A stretch of 64,000 bases of DNA from an uncultured Candidatus Saccharibacteria bacterium (GTDB lineage Bacteria > Patescibacteriota > Andersenbacteria > UBA10190): the NCBI GenBank assembly GCA_964359735.1, contig CAYHTZ010000001.1:1457-65456 (forward strand), in the 5' to 3' direction. The notes below the pieces were generated by a model. It made no database searches. It saw only the letters and a list, made by a program, of their open reading frames with translations, and was not told the origin of the DNA. This document shows, piece by piece, positions 18,053 through 26,771 of the stretch; position 1 is the first letter of the stretch; each line of letters opens with the position of its first letter. The translations under genes were made by a program, and so were the position numbers.

Positions 18053-20844
18053 ATAAAGCTTCAGTGGGCAGACCCGCCGACTTCATTGCCATATCGCTCA
18101 TCGCCCTCACGTGGCTGATTTTTTTCTGGCGCATTATTTTCGGCGGGCAAGTTTATTTTTTGGACGATCTCAAAATCCTCTACTACCCCATCGAAGCTGC
18201 GTATAGCCAGTTCCAATCGCAGTGGCAACTTCCCGTCTGGAGCCCGCTCTTTGGGTTCGGCCAACCCTTGCTCGCTTGGGGGCAACTCGGTTTCTTTACA
18301 CCCGTTCATCTTGTATTACGGCTCTTCCAGCTTCACCCTGTCACTCTCTTGAACGCATCTATCGCTATATACAGCGCCGTGGGACTGATTGGGACATATG
18401 TATTTTTGCGTCGCCACAAACTTTCTTCACTCGCAAGTTCTTTGGGCGCCATTGTCTTCGGCTTCTGCGGCTTCACCATCGGTCACTTGAATCACGTTAA
18501 CTTTTATACAGCTACGATGCTATTGCCCTGGCTACTCTTTGCGACCTACTCGCTCATTCAGAAACCGACGCTGCCACGAACTGCTGCCCTCGCCCTCATC
18601 GCGGCCGCTATTCCCATAAGCGGACAGCCGCAGGTATCGCTGTATACATTCATAACCGCCGGAATTTGGGGTCTTGTGCTACTGATCTCTCAAAGGAAAA
18701 AGCTACTCACTACAAACTACTCACTACAAACTATTAGCTTCACTATCCTCGCCGGCGTGTTGGCCTTCTCCCTCGCCTCTTTTTCTATTCTCCCCCTCAA
18801 AGAATTCCTGCCCAGCACCGACCGCTCAGGCGACCTCCCCATTATCGAACTCTACGAATTTAGCTATCCTCCCTCGCATGCCATTACCCTTCTCTCTCCC
18901 TACTATTTTGGTAATCACGATCTTTACCGCGGCGCTAAAAACTTCCAAGAGCTCGCTGCGTATGTCGGCATCGTCCCGCTCCTCCTGGCCCTGCTTGCTC
19001 TTTTTACCTGGCGAAATTTCATAGCACTACGCATCACCGCACTTGTACTCATCGTAATTGCAATCCTCTTTACTCCGGGAATCTACTCACCCATTTACAG
19101 ATACCTGGTTGAGAATCATATTCTCACTTCTCTCGCCGTCCCCGGCCGTTTTGTGTACTTTTTTGACGTCGGCGTCGCGATCTTGGCGGCATTGGGATTA
19201 GAGACAATAGTAAAGAGCAGCCAGCAATTTGCTCGAATGGGCTTTCGGAATCCACGCCGGTATGGTCTGTCAAGGCAAGCACTTGACAGCGGCGAGGATG
19301 AGACTAAGCGCGGCCCGCTCGCTGGGCGGGACGACGCGGCCCTGAGAGCAAAGTGGTGGATGCTCTTCCCACTTTCTCTAGTCCTTCTCACCGCCGCCAA
19401 CCTCATCTGGTGGGGCTGGGATTATAACCCCATGGTGAGCCGCGAGAGCGCTCTGGCGGAATCCCCCCTCGCCGACACCCTGCAGCAATACCAAAAAACT
19501 CACGGCGTCCCCCCACGCCTCTACGCCAGTGAAAATATACCGTTAGCCGGTATCGGTGCTGTTGCTTCGGAACCTACCGAACCAATTGGACCCAACTTTA
19601 CTATTCATCAGCCGCTGCGCATTCGCGAGAATGTCGCCTGTCTGTCTCTACCCTTCATGGTGACCAATGAATATCCTGACGGCGAAGTTACTCTTTCCCT
19701 AAGTGATTTGCTTCAAGCCCAGCCATTCTTTTCAGCACAAATCTCGTCTCAAAACATTCGTGATCGATCTTTACAGAAGTTCTGTATTGAAGAGCTCCGC
19801 AGTCGCAGCGGCCAAGATGTTATTCTCACCCTGAGAAGCAGTGAGCCTTCCAACCTCCAAACCTTCCAGCGTCTCCCCCAAGGCGCCGAACTTGGCGCCT
19901 CGTACGTGCGCGTTGAAAATCCCACCCCACAGCAACTCGAACAATCTCGCAAAATTGCCCACCTCGTCGTGACTCAAGACCAACCCATTCATACAGACCT
20001 TGAGAAAAACCTCCTGCTGCGCCACATCCAAGCCACGGCAGGTACCAGCGCCGCCCGTTGGATCGGCGCGCTCGGAATCGATAATTTTCGCTCTTTCATC
20101 GACGCCTTCTTTGCCAACGACCACGATCCCATCGATGGCGAGGGCATTCACGCCTTAACCCGTCACCAAAACCTCGTCAACATGAGCGGTATCACCCACC
20201 TGGCGCAAGCCTTGCCCGACCACGAAGCCGACCGCGATCCGGTGCTGGCGGCGGGATATCCACTAGCCACTGAGACGACTATCGGGACTACCCGCTTTCG
20301 CTTGTATGAGAATCCGAAAGCTTTTCCTAAAGCCTTCCTCGTCGGCACTGCTATCTGGGAATCTGGGCCAGATCAAACGCGCCACGCCTTGAGCTCTCCT
20401 GAATACGAAGGGGAGCGCCTTATCTTCATAAGCGGACCTACACCCCCGGAGACAGGAACAATTCCGAACGCCGAAACGCCTGAAGCTCTCAACATGCGCC
20501 GCTTCCCTCGTACGGCATTTGATACCGGCACTGCCAACATTACTCGCTACGAAAGTACGCAGGTAGACATTAATGTCAAAACATCTGAGCCCGCCTGGCT
20601 CGTGCTTACCGACTCATACACACCCCAGTGGCACACATTCATTGATAACGTCGAAGCGCGACAATACATCGCCAACACCGTCTTCCGCGCCGCCCAAGTC
20701 CCCGCCGGTTCCCACACTGTTTCGTTCCGCTACATCTCCCAGGCCATTGCCCAAGCGAAAATTCTTACGCTGGCCGGCCTCATAGTTACTGCCCTAATTC
20801 TCGCTCTACCTTTGCTTCAATTGCGTCATTCTCCACGTAAATAG
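17971..20844 (+). CDS. YfhO-family GT-C membrane protein
   Basis: PVWSPLFGFGQP, LYENPKAFPKAF, LVLTDSYTPQW, ANTVFRAAQVPAGSHTVSFRY. Confidence 0.88.
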   Translation: MSNFKNDGEVQFEPQGRKAAAVTGPAFNKASVGRPADFIAISLIALTWLIFFWRIIFGGQVYFLDDLKILYYPIEAAYSQFQSQWQLPVWSPLFGFGQPLLAWGQLGFFTPVHLVLRLFQLHPVTLLNASIAIYSAVGLIGTYVFLRRHKLSSLASSLGAIVFGFCGFTIGHLNHVNFYTATMLLPWLLFATYSLIQKPTLPRTAALALIAAAIPISGQPQVSLYTFITAGIWGLVLLISQRKKLLTTNYSLQTISFTILAGVLAFSLASFSILPLKEFLPSTDRSGDLPIIELYEFSYPPSHAITLLSPYYFGNHDLYRGAKNFQELAAYVGIVPLLLALLALFTWRNFIALRITALVLIVIAILFTPGIYSPIYRYLVENHILTSLAVPGRFVYFFDVGVAILAALGLETIVKSSQQFARMGFRNPRRYGLSRQALDSGEDETKRGPLAGRDDAALRAKWWMLFPLSLVLLTAANLIWWGWDYNPMVSRESALAESPLADTLQQYQKTHGVPPRLYASENIPLAGIGAVASEPTEPIGPNFTIHQPLRIRENVACLSLPFMVTNEYPDGEVTLSLSDLLQAQPFFSAQISSQNIRDRSLQKFCIEELRSRSGQDVILTLRSSEPSNLQTFQRLPQGAELGASYVRVENPTPQQLEQSRKIAHLVVTQDQPIHTDLEKNLLLRHIQATAGTSAARWIGALGIDNFRSFIDAFFANDHDPIDGEGIHALTRHQNLVNMSGITHLAQALPDHEADRDPVLAAGYPLATETTIGTTRFRLYENPKAFPKAFLVGTAIWESGPDQTRHALSSPEYEGERLIFISGPTPPETGTIPNAETPEALNMRRFPRTAFDTGTANITRYESTQVDINVKTSEPAWLVLTDSYTPQWHTFIDNVEARQYIANTVFRAAQVPAGSHTVSFRYISQAIAQAKILTLAGLIVTALILALPLLQLRHSPRK
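18043..18074 (+). repeat. Family A palindromic element (degenerate, in-frame PAFNKASVGR)
   Basis: CCCGCCTTCAATAAAGCTTCAGTGGGCAGACC. Confidence 0.65.
18703..18733 (+). repeat. Heptamer tandem array inside CDS
   Basis: (CTACTCA CTACAAA)x2 CTA, encoding LLTTNYSLQT. Confidence 0.8.
19213..19367 (+). repeat. ~155-nt multi-stem element inside CDS
   Basis: AAGAGCA/TGCTCTT, TTTGCTC/GAGCAAA, CTGTCAAG/CTTGACAG, CCCGC/GCGGG. Confidence 0.8.
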
Positions 20845-20845
20845 T

Positions 20846-21199
20846 TTACCGCATTCGTGGCCTAATTGTCGCGTCTGGTCTATCCGTTCGCTCTGCCTTC
20901 TCTTCCCCCCGCTCCCCGCGGATGCTCTCCGCTACCTCCCTGACAGTATCGCCAAAAATTTCGTATTCATGACCCATCTCTGCAAATTGATCTTGTATAG
21001 CTCAAATAATATCGTCACCCTCTTCTTCTTCCGCATTCAAAGCGTCCTGGATAATTCCGCGCAATTGCTCATCTACTTGTTTAGCGTGATTTACGGTGCC
21101 TTCATCGTCACCTCTCCTTATCGCACCACTGACATCCTTCTGCATCCACGCTGCATTTCTCAAAATACGTCGCACAAATTCTTCTGGTTGGTATTTCAT
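20846..21199 (-). pseudogene. 117-codon hypothetical gene with internal TGA at 21002-21004
   Basis: Frame continues open after TGA to a TAA at 20846; consensus promoter directly upstream. Confidence 0.55.
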
Positions 21200-21205
21200 A
21201 ACTCG

Positions 21206-21234
21206 ATGTTACCAAACATATAATCCCTTGTCAA
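21206..21234 (-). promoter_or_regulatory. Sigma70-type promoter, predicted leaderless
   Basis: TTGACA-N17-TAACAT, 6 nt before ATG 21199. Confidence 0.75.
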
Positions 21235-21251
21235 GCGCAATATTTACTGCT

Positions 21252-23327
21252 CTAATTAGCCAATAGTTTCGTATCCTCCTCCGTCGCTTCCTGACCGTTC
21301 ACTTTATAACGCAAGCGGACTGCCAAGCGGTCCGCATGACGTCTCAACGTCGGCGCATTTCCTACCGATGTGCCTTTCGCCGAAACTTCAACCATAACTT
21401 GTTCGCCTTTTAGATCCATGGGATCCGGTAACTTCAACGTCAGCCAGCGATCATCTTGAATTTCTGACACAGGAACGTGCCAAGTGCGCAACACTTGATC
21501 CTGAGCCTGTCGAAGGACCACTACCAGCTCTCCAGCTTTCGCTTTTCCCGAATAGGTAGCAACCATTACGTCAATCCCAACCAGATTATCGTACCTGACT
21601 TCAACTTCTTGACTTACCTTTTTACCTGGCACCAGTTCCCCAACAATTCTGTCGAACACCCATTTCTCATACACCCAGGCAAATTCCTCACCAGCCACCT
21701 TTGCCACAAATATCGGCTCGCGTTTTTTGTAATACTCATCGATAAAATTATTTGCGTAATGGTCAGGTGCTCGCCCAAACATGTTTCGGTACAAAACCAC
21801 GTATTTCACTTTGCTCTGCTCATGGGCGTTAATATGGGCTACCTGCGCCGAAGTATATGCACCCAATTCTTCCGGGTACCACGAGGCCACCACCGCATCT
21901 GGATCGTTTTCGTTTAGCCACTTCGCCACTTGCTCCAAGCCCTCGCCCCATCCCAATTCTTGACTCAAGTCATCACGAAAGAGAGGGTTACTGTAAGCAA
22001 TGGCATACGGATGGTAATTGAAAACCACTGCCACTAAGTAAACAATCGCTGCAACACCAAGAATGTGCTCAAAACGCAATCGCCAATGACGAATTCCTAA
22101 CGACAAATGGCTAAGGAACGAACTAATGCCCAAGATCCCAACTACCGCCAAAGCGTCGAGCGCCGGAAACACGGGCAATATGTACCGGTCCCCTTTCTTA
22201 GCAACGATTGTCATCATAATCACAAAAAAGAATACATACGCGACTAGCAGCCACGAAGTAGTAGCAGGTAGTAAGTAGTAAGTATCATGCTTCCTGTTTC
22301 TTGCTGCTTGATACATGCTACTTGCTACTAGATACACGACGCCGACGGCTGCAAAAATGAGAGTTATGGGCGTAGTTCTAGTTAATAGCGCCAATGGATA
22401 ATGGAATGTATTAAGCGTGTAATCTTCTACCATGTGGTGCGGAGTCAGCGCGGCAGCGCTTAGATCACGTTTCAATATTAATGCATTCCCCTTTGGATCT
22501 GGCACAAAGAGCATGGCTGGCCAAATGATAACGAACATAAGTGCTACAATGATGAACCACAATGTCAGATCCCGCGCTCGCAGAATGAGTGACTCCTTTC
22601 TCAACCAGAACTTTGGTTCGTATACCGAGACTACCAGCACAAAAAATGGCAAAAGAAACATCGCCGGAACTTTGGTTAAGATCGCCAGCCCCGATAACAC
22701 CGACGAAGTAATCAGCCAATTCCTTCTATATCCACTCTGTACATATATCATTGTCGCTAGCGCTGCTAAAAACATAAGGCTGGCGAGTAAGGCATCCACA
22801 TGAATTACGCGCGAGTAGCCGATAAGCAATGGATTCAGTGCAATGAAAAGGGAAGCAAGAAGAGGCATGAAACCCCCACCCAGCCTCCCCCTGTCAGGGG
22901 AGGCACTTTGAGATCCCCCTGACAGGGGGGATAGAGGGGGGTCAAGCAATCTCCGCAAGAATAAATAGATAACAGGCACTGCCAGACTATTCACGAGCGC
23001 GACAGGGAACTGCGCCGCGGCGGCAAAATGCGCCAGATTCTCATACGAAAATGGTGTATGGCTTAAGTATATCTTGGCCGTGATGGCGAGCCCACTGAGC
23101 CACGTGACCGTTACCCCGGGGTGAGTCGTCTGCAATGTGTCATTAAACCGCCAATCCTTGATTGCGCGAATAAACTCATAGCTCCTCCCCATCCAATTCT
23201 TTTCGTCCGCTGTAAGAAACGTCCCCAAATCTGTCATTCTCGGCACCGCCGCGACAATAAACAAAACCAGAGCAATTGCAACATCGACTCGATTCTCCGA
23301 GAGCCAGTTTTTAAGCTTCGCAAGCAT
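21252..23327 (-). CDS. GT-C fold (PMT/ArnT-like) glycosyltransferase with C-terminal beta domain
   Basis: ADEKNW, THPGVT, SRVIHVDA, KKGDRY, GWGEGLE. Confidence 0.87.
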   Translation of the reverse strand: MLAKLKNWLSENRVDVAIALVLFIVAAVPRMTDLGTFLTADEKNWMGRSYEFIRAIKDWRFNDTLQTTHPGVTVTWLSGLAITAKIYLSHTPFSYENLAHFAAAAQFPVALVNSLAVPVIYLFLRRLLDPPLSPLSGGSQSASPDRGRLGGGFMPLLASLFIALNPLLIGYSRVIHVDALLASLMFLAALATMIYVQSGYRRNWLITSSVLSGLAILTKVPAMFLLPFFVLVVSVYEPKFWLRKESLILRARDLTLWFIIVALMFVIIWPAMLFVPDPKGNALILKRDLSAAALTPHHMVEDYTLNTFHYPLALLTRTTPITLIFAAVGVVYLVASSMYQAARNRKHDTYYLLPATTSWLLVAYVFFFVIMMTIVAKKGDRYILPVFPALDALAVVGILGISSFLSHLSLGIRHWRLRFEHILGVAAIVYLVAVVFNYHPYAIAYSNPLFRDDLSQELGWGEGLEQVAKWLNENDPDAVVASWYPEELGAYTSAQVAHINAHEQSKVKYVVLYRNMFGRAPDHYANNFIDEYYKKREPIFVAKVAGEEFAWVYEKWVFDRIVGELVPGKKVSQEVEVRYDNLVGIDVMVATYSGKAKAGELVVVLRQAQDQVLRTWHVPVSEIQDDRWLTLKLPDPMDLKGEQVMVEVSAKGTSVGNAPTLRRHADRLAVRLRYKVNGQEATEEDTKLLAN
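21499..21517 (-). repeat. Family B element (in-frame LRQAQD)
   Basis: TCCTTCGACAGGCTCAGGA. Confidence 0.75.
22078..22133 (-). repeat. Degenerate heptamer array inside CDS
   Basis: TTGGGCA TTAGTTC ... TTAGCCA TTTGTCG TTAGGAA TTCGTCA TTGGCGA. Confidence 0.6.
22261..22335. repeat. Inverted pair of heptamer arrays inside CDS
   Basis: GTAGCAG GTAGTAA GTAGTAA GTATCAT ... TTGCTGC TTGATAC ATGCTAC TTGCTAC TAGATAC; 75 nt. Confidence 0.8.
22873..22941. repeat. 69-bp C/G-rich double-hairpin element (family D), in-frame
   Basis: CCTCCCCCTGTCAGGGGAGG and ATCCCCCTGACAGGGGGGAT as inverted units; encodes PPLSPLSGGSQSASPDRGRLGGG. Confidence 0.85.
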
Positions 23328-23351
23328 GCGCCTTGAGTACCAGAAAAACGG

Positions 23352-24809
23352 CTAGTTAGCAACTACTTGAAAGTGAGCAAGCTCTGGGCAGAGGTCGCCG
23401 GGGTCGGGTTGCTTGGCATCACGGTAATGCACAAGCCACTCGGCATGGGAACTGTCGTCTTGAGGTACGACCTTAAGGTCAGAATACCCATGGCTCAAAA
23501 ACTGCAACCGGTTCCAAATGTGCACGTTTTCGGAGGAAACTGGGCCGGCACCGCGTAGACACTCTATGAGCGGACGCGTATCCACCAAAGCTGCAGCGCT
23601 ATCCGTGCGGTTTCCCAGCGAAAAATCCGCCGTGCTGCCGCCAGTTTTAAGAAATGGAATCAAAACAACAAAAGCAGACCAACCTACTAAAACTATAGAA
23701 AACAAAATAGGTATCCCCCACTTTACGCTCCCGGAGCGTAAAGTGGGGAAAGATTCAATTAAAGTTCCCAACCCCACCCCCGCCAACATCCACGCCGCTA
23801 TCACAAACATGACAAAGTAGCGCAATGTGAACCGGTCGATCATGTATAGCAGAACAGCAAGATGAATAATCATCCCGAGCAGCCACAGCAGCACCACTTT
23901 GCGCGGCCGCACGAGTAAGACGGCGGCTAATCCCAAAAGAGCTATCACTGCTGTAACTACCCAAACAACCGCCGGCGCGAACTCTACCCCTGTATATCGC
24001 GCTACGTATGAAGATCCAGATAAAACAAGTGGCAAAAGCCTAGGCAAATCGGCCAGGCGCTCCCAAAAACTCTGCGCCACTTCCACCACATCCCCTTGAT
24101 CTTCCCGAAAACTCAACAACACCCATAATTGCAGCGCGAATCCCGCAGCAAAGCCAGCAAATGCTAGTAAAGTGGACAGAACTTTTCTGCCCACTGAAAG
24201 AGCTTTCCGCAACCATAATACCAACGTTCCCGCCACTACAACTGCTGTCAGAGTTGGTAAGAACAAAATATGGTTAGAGAGAGCTATTCCGGCCGCGAAT
24301 CCTGCCAGCAACACCCGCACCGGCCTGCTCGCCGAAGCTTTAGGGAAAGCCGGCTCCCCCAGTAACCACAAAATCAGAAAGAAGAAAAAAGGGAACAATG
24401 CAATTGCCCAACCGATTCGCTCCTGGGTTAGGTATATAGGATTAAAAAACCCAAACACAAGCGCAAAAAGTGCTTGAGCTTGTCCCCCGCTCTCCGCTCC
24501 AAAAGCTCTCAGAAACACACAGGCAGCCAACCAAAAAGCCGCAAAAGATGCGAGCACCACCACGAGCCGTAATGCCAGGGGTGTATAACCAAACCCCAGA
24601 ATAAATGGCACGCGCGCATAATCAATAAGAGGCCCTATATACGATCGCTCACCCTGCACCACAAACTTTTCTGATTGTAACAGCTCGTACACATTTTCGC
24701 CCTCTGAGGCTTCATCCCCCATGAGCCCGGGCACGCTGTGTAAGAATGCCGCGTTCGCCGCTACAAAAATTCCGAATAAAATCCACACCGTTTTCCAGTA
24801 CGCACCCAT
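23352..24809 (-). CDS. GT-C fold membrane glycosyltransferase
   Basis: GDEASEG, YIGP, ALRL, LRYF; multiple TM helices. Confidence 0.78.
   Translation of the reverse strand: MGAYWKTVWILFGIFVAANAAFLHSVPGLMGDEASEGENVYELLQSEKFVVQGERSYIGPLIDYARVPFILGFGYTPLALRLVVVLASFAAFWLAACVFLRAFGAESGGQAQALFALVFGFFNPIYLTQERIGWAIALFPFFFFLILWLLGEPAFPKASASRPVRVLLAGFAAGIALSNHILFLPTLTAVVVAGTLVLWLRKALSVGRKVLSTLLAFAGFAAGFALQLWVLLSFREDQGDVVEVAQSFWERLADLPRLLPLVLSGSSYVARYTGVEFAPAVVWVVTAVIALLGLAAVLLVRPRKVVLLWLLGMIIHLAVLLYMIDRFTLRYFVMFVIAAWMLAGVGLGTLIESFPTLRSGSVKWGIPILFSIVLVGWSAFVVLIPFLKTGGSTADFSLGNRTDSAAALVDTRPLIECLRGAGPVSSENVHIWNRLQFLSHGYSDLKVVPQDDSSHAEWLVHYRDAKQPDPGDLCPELAHFQVVAN
23716..23748. repeat. Palindrome with 16-bp arms inside CDS
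   Basis: CCCCACTTTACGCTCC-C-GGAGCGTAAAGTGGGG, 33 nt. Confidence 0.85.
24322..24354 (-). repeat. Family A element (degenerate, PAFPKASASRP)
   Basis: GCCGGCTTTCCCTAAAGCTTCGGCGAGCAGGCC. Confidence 0.65.
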
Positions 24810-24833
24810 TGCTGCTTAGTGTAATCTATCCAC

Positions 24834-26771
24834 ATGCCCCAGTGGGAATTTATCGTCGAAGTTACGCAGCATCTCTGGCCGGGGCTATTCGCCGCATTGG
24901 CCTTTGCTCTGGGAGCAGTCGTCATCCATATCCTCCCCAAATACAAATGGCTGGCCGCCGCCATTCTTATAGTGGCCATTACGCCTGTGGCCATACCTGG
25001 TTTCTGGATCTCCAGCGCTGACTTAGGCATTTCCGACTGGGACCAGTACTTTTCCCACTACCACTACTTGCGACGCATCATTACGGAATTTAAAGAATTC
25101 CCCCTTTGGAACCCGTGGATGTGCGGCGGCACCGCCGCGTGGGGAGACCCTGAGTTCACCGGCTTCTCCCCTACCTTTCTAGCCGTTCTCGCTCTCGGCG
25201 TTGAACGGGGCTTGAAACTCATCATCTACATCGCCACTATCGTGGGCGCACTGGGCATGCTCATGCTGGGAAAGCGCCTAGGTTTTTCCGTATACGCCGC
25301 GCTCCTGGCCGCCATAGGAGTGACATTCAGCAGCGTCAACTTGCTCGAAATCGTCGAAGGCCACCCTAATATTTTCTCGGCCATGTGGATTCCGTGGATA
25401 TTCTGGTCGTGGCTGGCTGCATACCGATCAGCAAGTGATCGGCGGAAAGCAAGCGTCTGGTCAATAATCTGCGGCATCTTCTTAGCACTGACATTCTTCC
25501 AGGGCGGCATTTATCTTTTGTCGTATACCACGCTTGCATTTCTGGTTTTGATACTGCTGGCCTCTAATCATAAGCAAGCTTTCTTAGTTACTCTGAAGTC
25601 TGGGCTTTGGGCGCTGGGCTTTGCCGGAATCAAGCTCATTCCCGCGCTCTTCTGGCTCTCCCAATTTCCGGACAAAACCTACGCGGGATCTACGTACACA
25701 TTGCCCTATTTGCACCACGTTCTCTTTGGCCGCTACTTGCACAGCCATGGCGACCCAAAAGGAATTATTCCGAATCAAGGCAGCGGCTGGCATGAATACG
25801 GCGCTTATATCGGCCCATTCATCGGCGCTCTTGCTTTGATTGGCCTTACCAAAATCCGCAAAACTCGCATCGTCCTTGCGCTAGCCATAGCAGCGATCCT
25901 TGCCATTATACTCTCCTCGGCTGGTCCAGTACTCAAATCTGTCTTTGATCAAATCCCCTTCATCCCGCGCTCCAATATCTCGCGCGTGATTCTCTTCGCC
26001 GTGATTCCCCTGGCCCTCCTCGCGGGATATGGTCTCGATGTTTTGCGGGAGCGCGCCAGTCGAAAATGGGTAGCAGCCTTGTTCTCAGTTGCACTCCTTA
26101 CATATGTTGCTGGTGACCTATTCACGCTCTCTCAGCAGCTGTCTCAACAGGCCTTCGTGATCCCGTACCCCGAGATTCCCATCTCGCCTGCACCAGCTCC
26201 CATTGCCCACCTTACCCACACATACGAATATCGCCACCATGGCGTTGATTACACGCGAGCGTACGCCGCCAGCCTCCAGGGCTACGGCACCAACGCGCAT
26301 TGTACGGTCTTAGGACCTCCACAAACCATCCGGACCATTCACGATAAAGAAAACTTCGGTCCTGTTCTACAGAATGAGCGACTCGTCATTCTTAATATCC
26401 AGTGGGCACCCAGCCAAGTCACCACTCGTGTCCAAGCGCTCAAGCCGCCGCCGAACAGCCCATGGGGCGCCGGTGTTCAACTCAACACCAATTATGCGAA
26501 AGGCTGGTGGGTAGAGTTCGAAGGGGACGACACCCCAAAACCGGCTCAAAATCTTGAAGGACATGTCGGCACATTTGCCCCTCTCGGAGAGCATACCATG
26601 ACGTTTTACTACCGCCCCCGCGGCATGTGGGCAGGCATCGTTGTCAGTGCTCTCACCATCCTTAGCGCGATCATTTGGGGAGCCGGTAAGCGACGTCACG
26701 GCCAGGCAGAGACGTTCCGTTCTTCACCATCTCCCCCGCCGCCAGATCCGAGTTCGCAAACCGCACCGTAA
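24834..26771 (+). CDS. YfhO-like GT-C membrane protein
   Basis: DWDQY, PLWNPWMCGG, EYGAYIG, NTNYAKGW, FYYRP. Confidence 0.8.
   Translation: MPQWEFIVEVTQHLWPGLFAALAFALGAVVIHILPKYKWLAAAILIVAITPVAIPGFWISSADLGISDWDQYFSHYHYLRRIITEFKEFPLWNPWMCGGTAAWGDPEFTGFSPTFLAVLALGVERGLKLIIYIATIVGALGMLMLGKRLGFSVYAALLAAIGVTFSSVNLLEIVEGHPNIFSAMWIPWIFWSWLAAYRSASDRRKASVWSIICGIFLALTFFQGGIYLLSYTTLAFLVLILLASNHKQAFLVTLKSGLWALGFAGIKLIPALFWLSQFPDKTYAGSTYTLPYLHHVLFGRYLHSHGDPKGIIPNQGSGWHEYGAYIGPFIGALALIGLTKIRKTRIVLALAIAAILAIILSSAGPVLKSVFDQIPFIPRSNISRVILFAVIPLALLAGYGLDVLRERASRKWVAALFSVALLTYVAGDLFTLSQQLSQQAFVIPYPEIPISPAPAPIAHLTHTYEYRHHGVDYTRAYAASLQGYGTNAHCTVLGPPQTIRTIHDKENFGPVLQNERLVILNIQWAPSQVTTRVQALKPPPNSPWGAGVQLNTNYAKGWWVEFEGDDTPKPAQNLEGHVGTFAPLGEHTMTFYYRPRGMWAGIVVSALTILSAIIWGAGKRRHGQAETFRSSPSPPPPDPSSQTAP

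Noticed and set aside
21002-21004. TGA-to-Gly recoding (genetic code 25)
   Set aside because: Many genes end at TGA with ATGA overlaps, and long genes have no internal TGA.
26671-26771. 101-bp convergent overlap giving a Pro-rich tail
   Set aside because: The tail is simply the antisense of the neighbouring gene; likely stop-codon drift.
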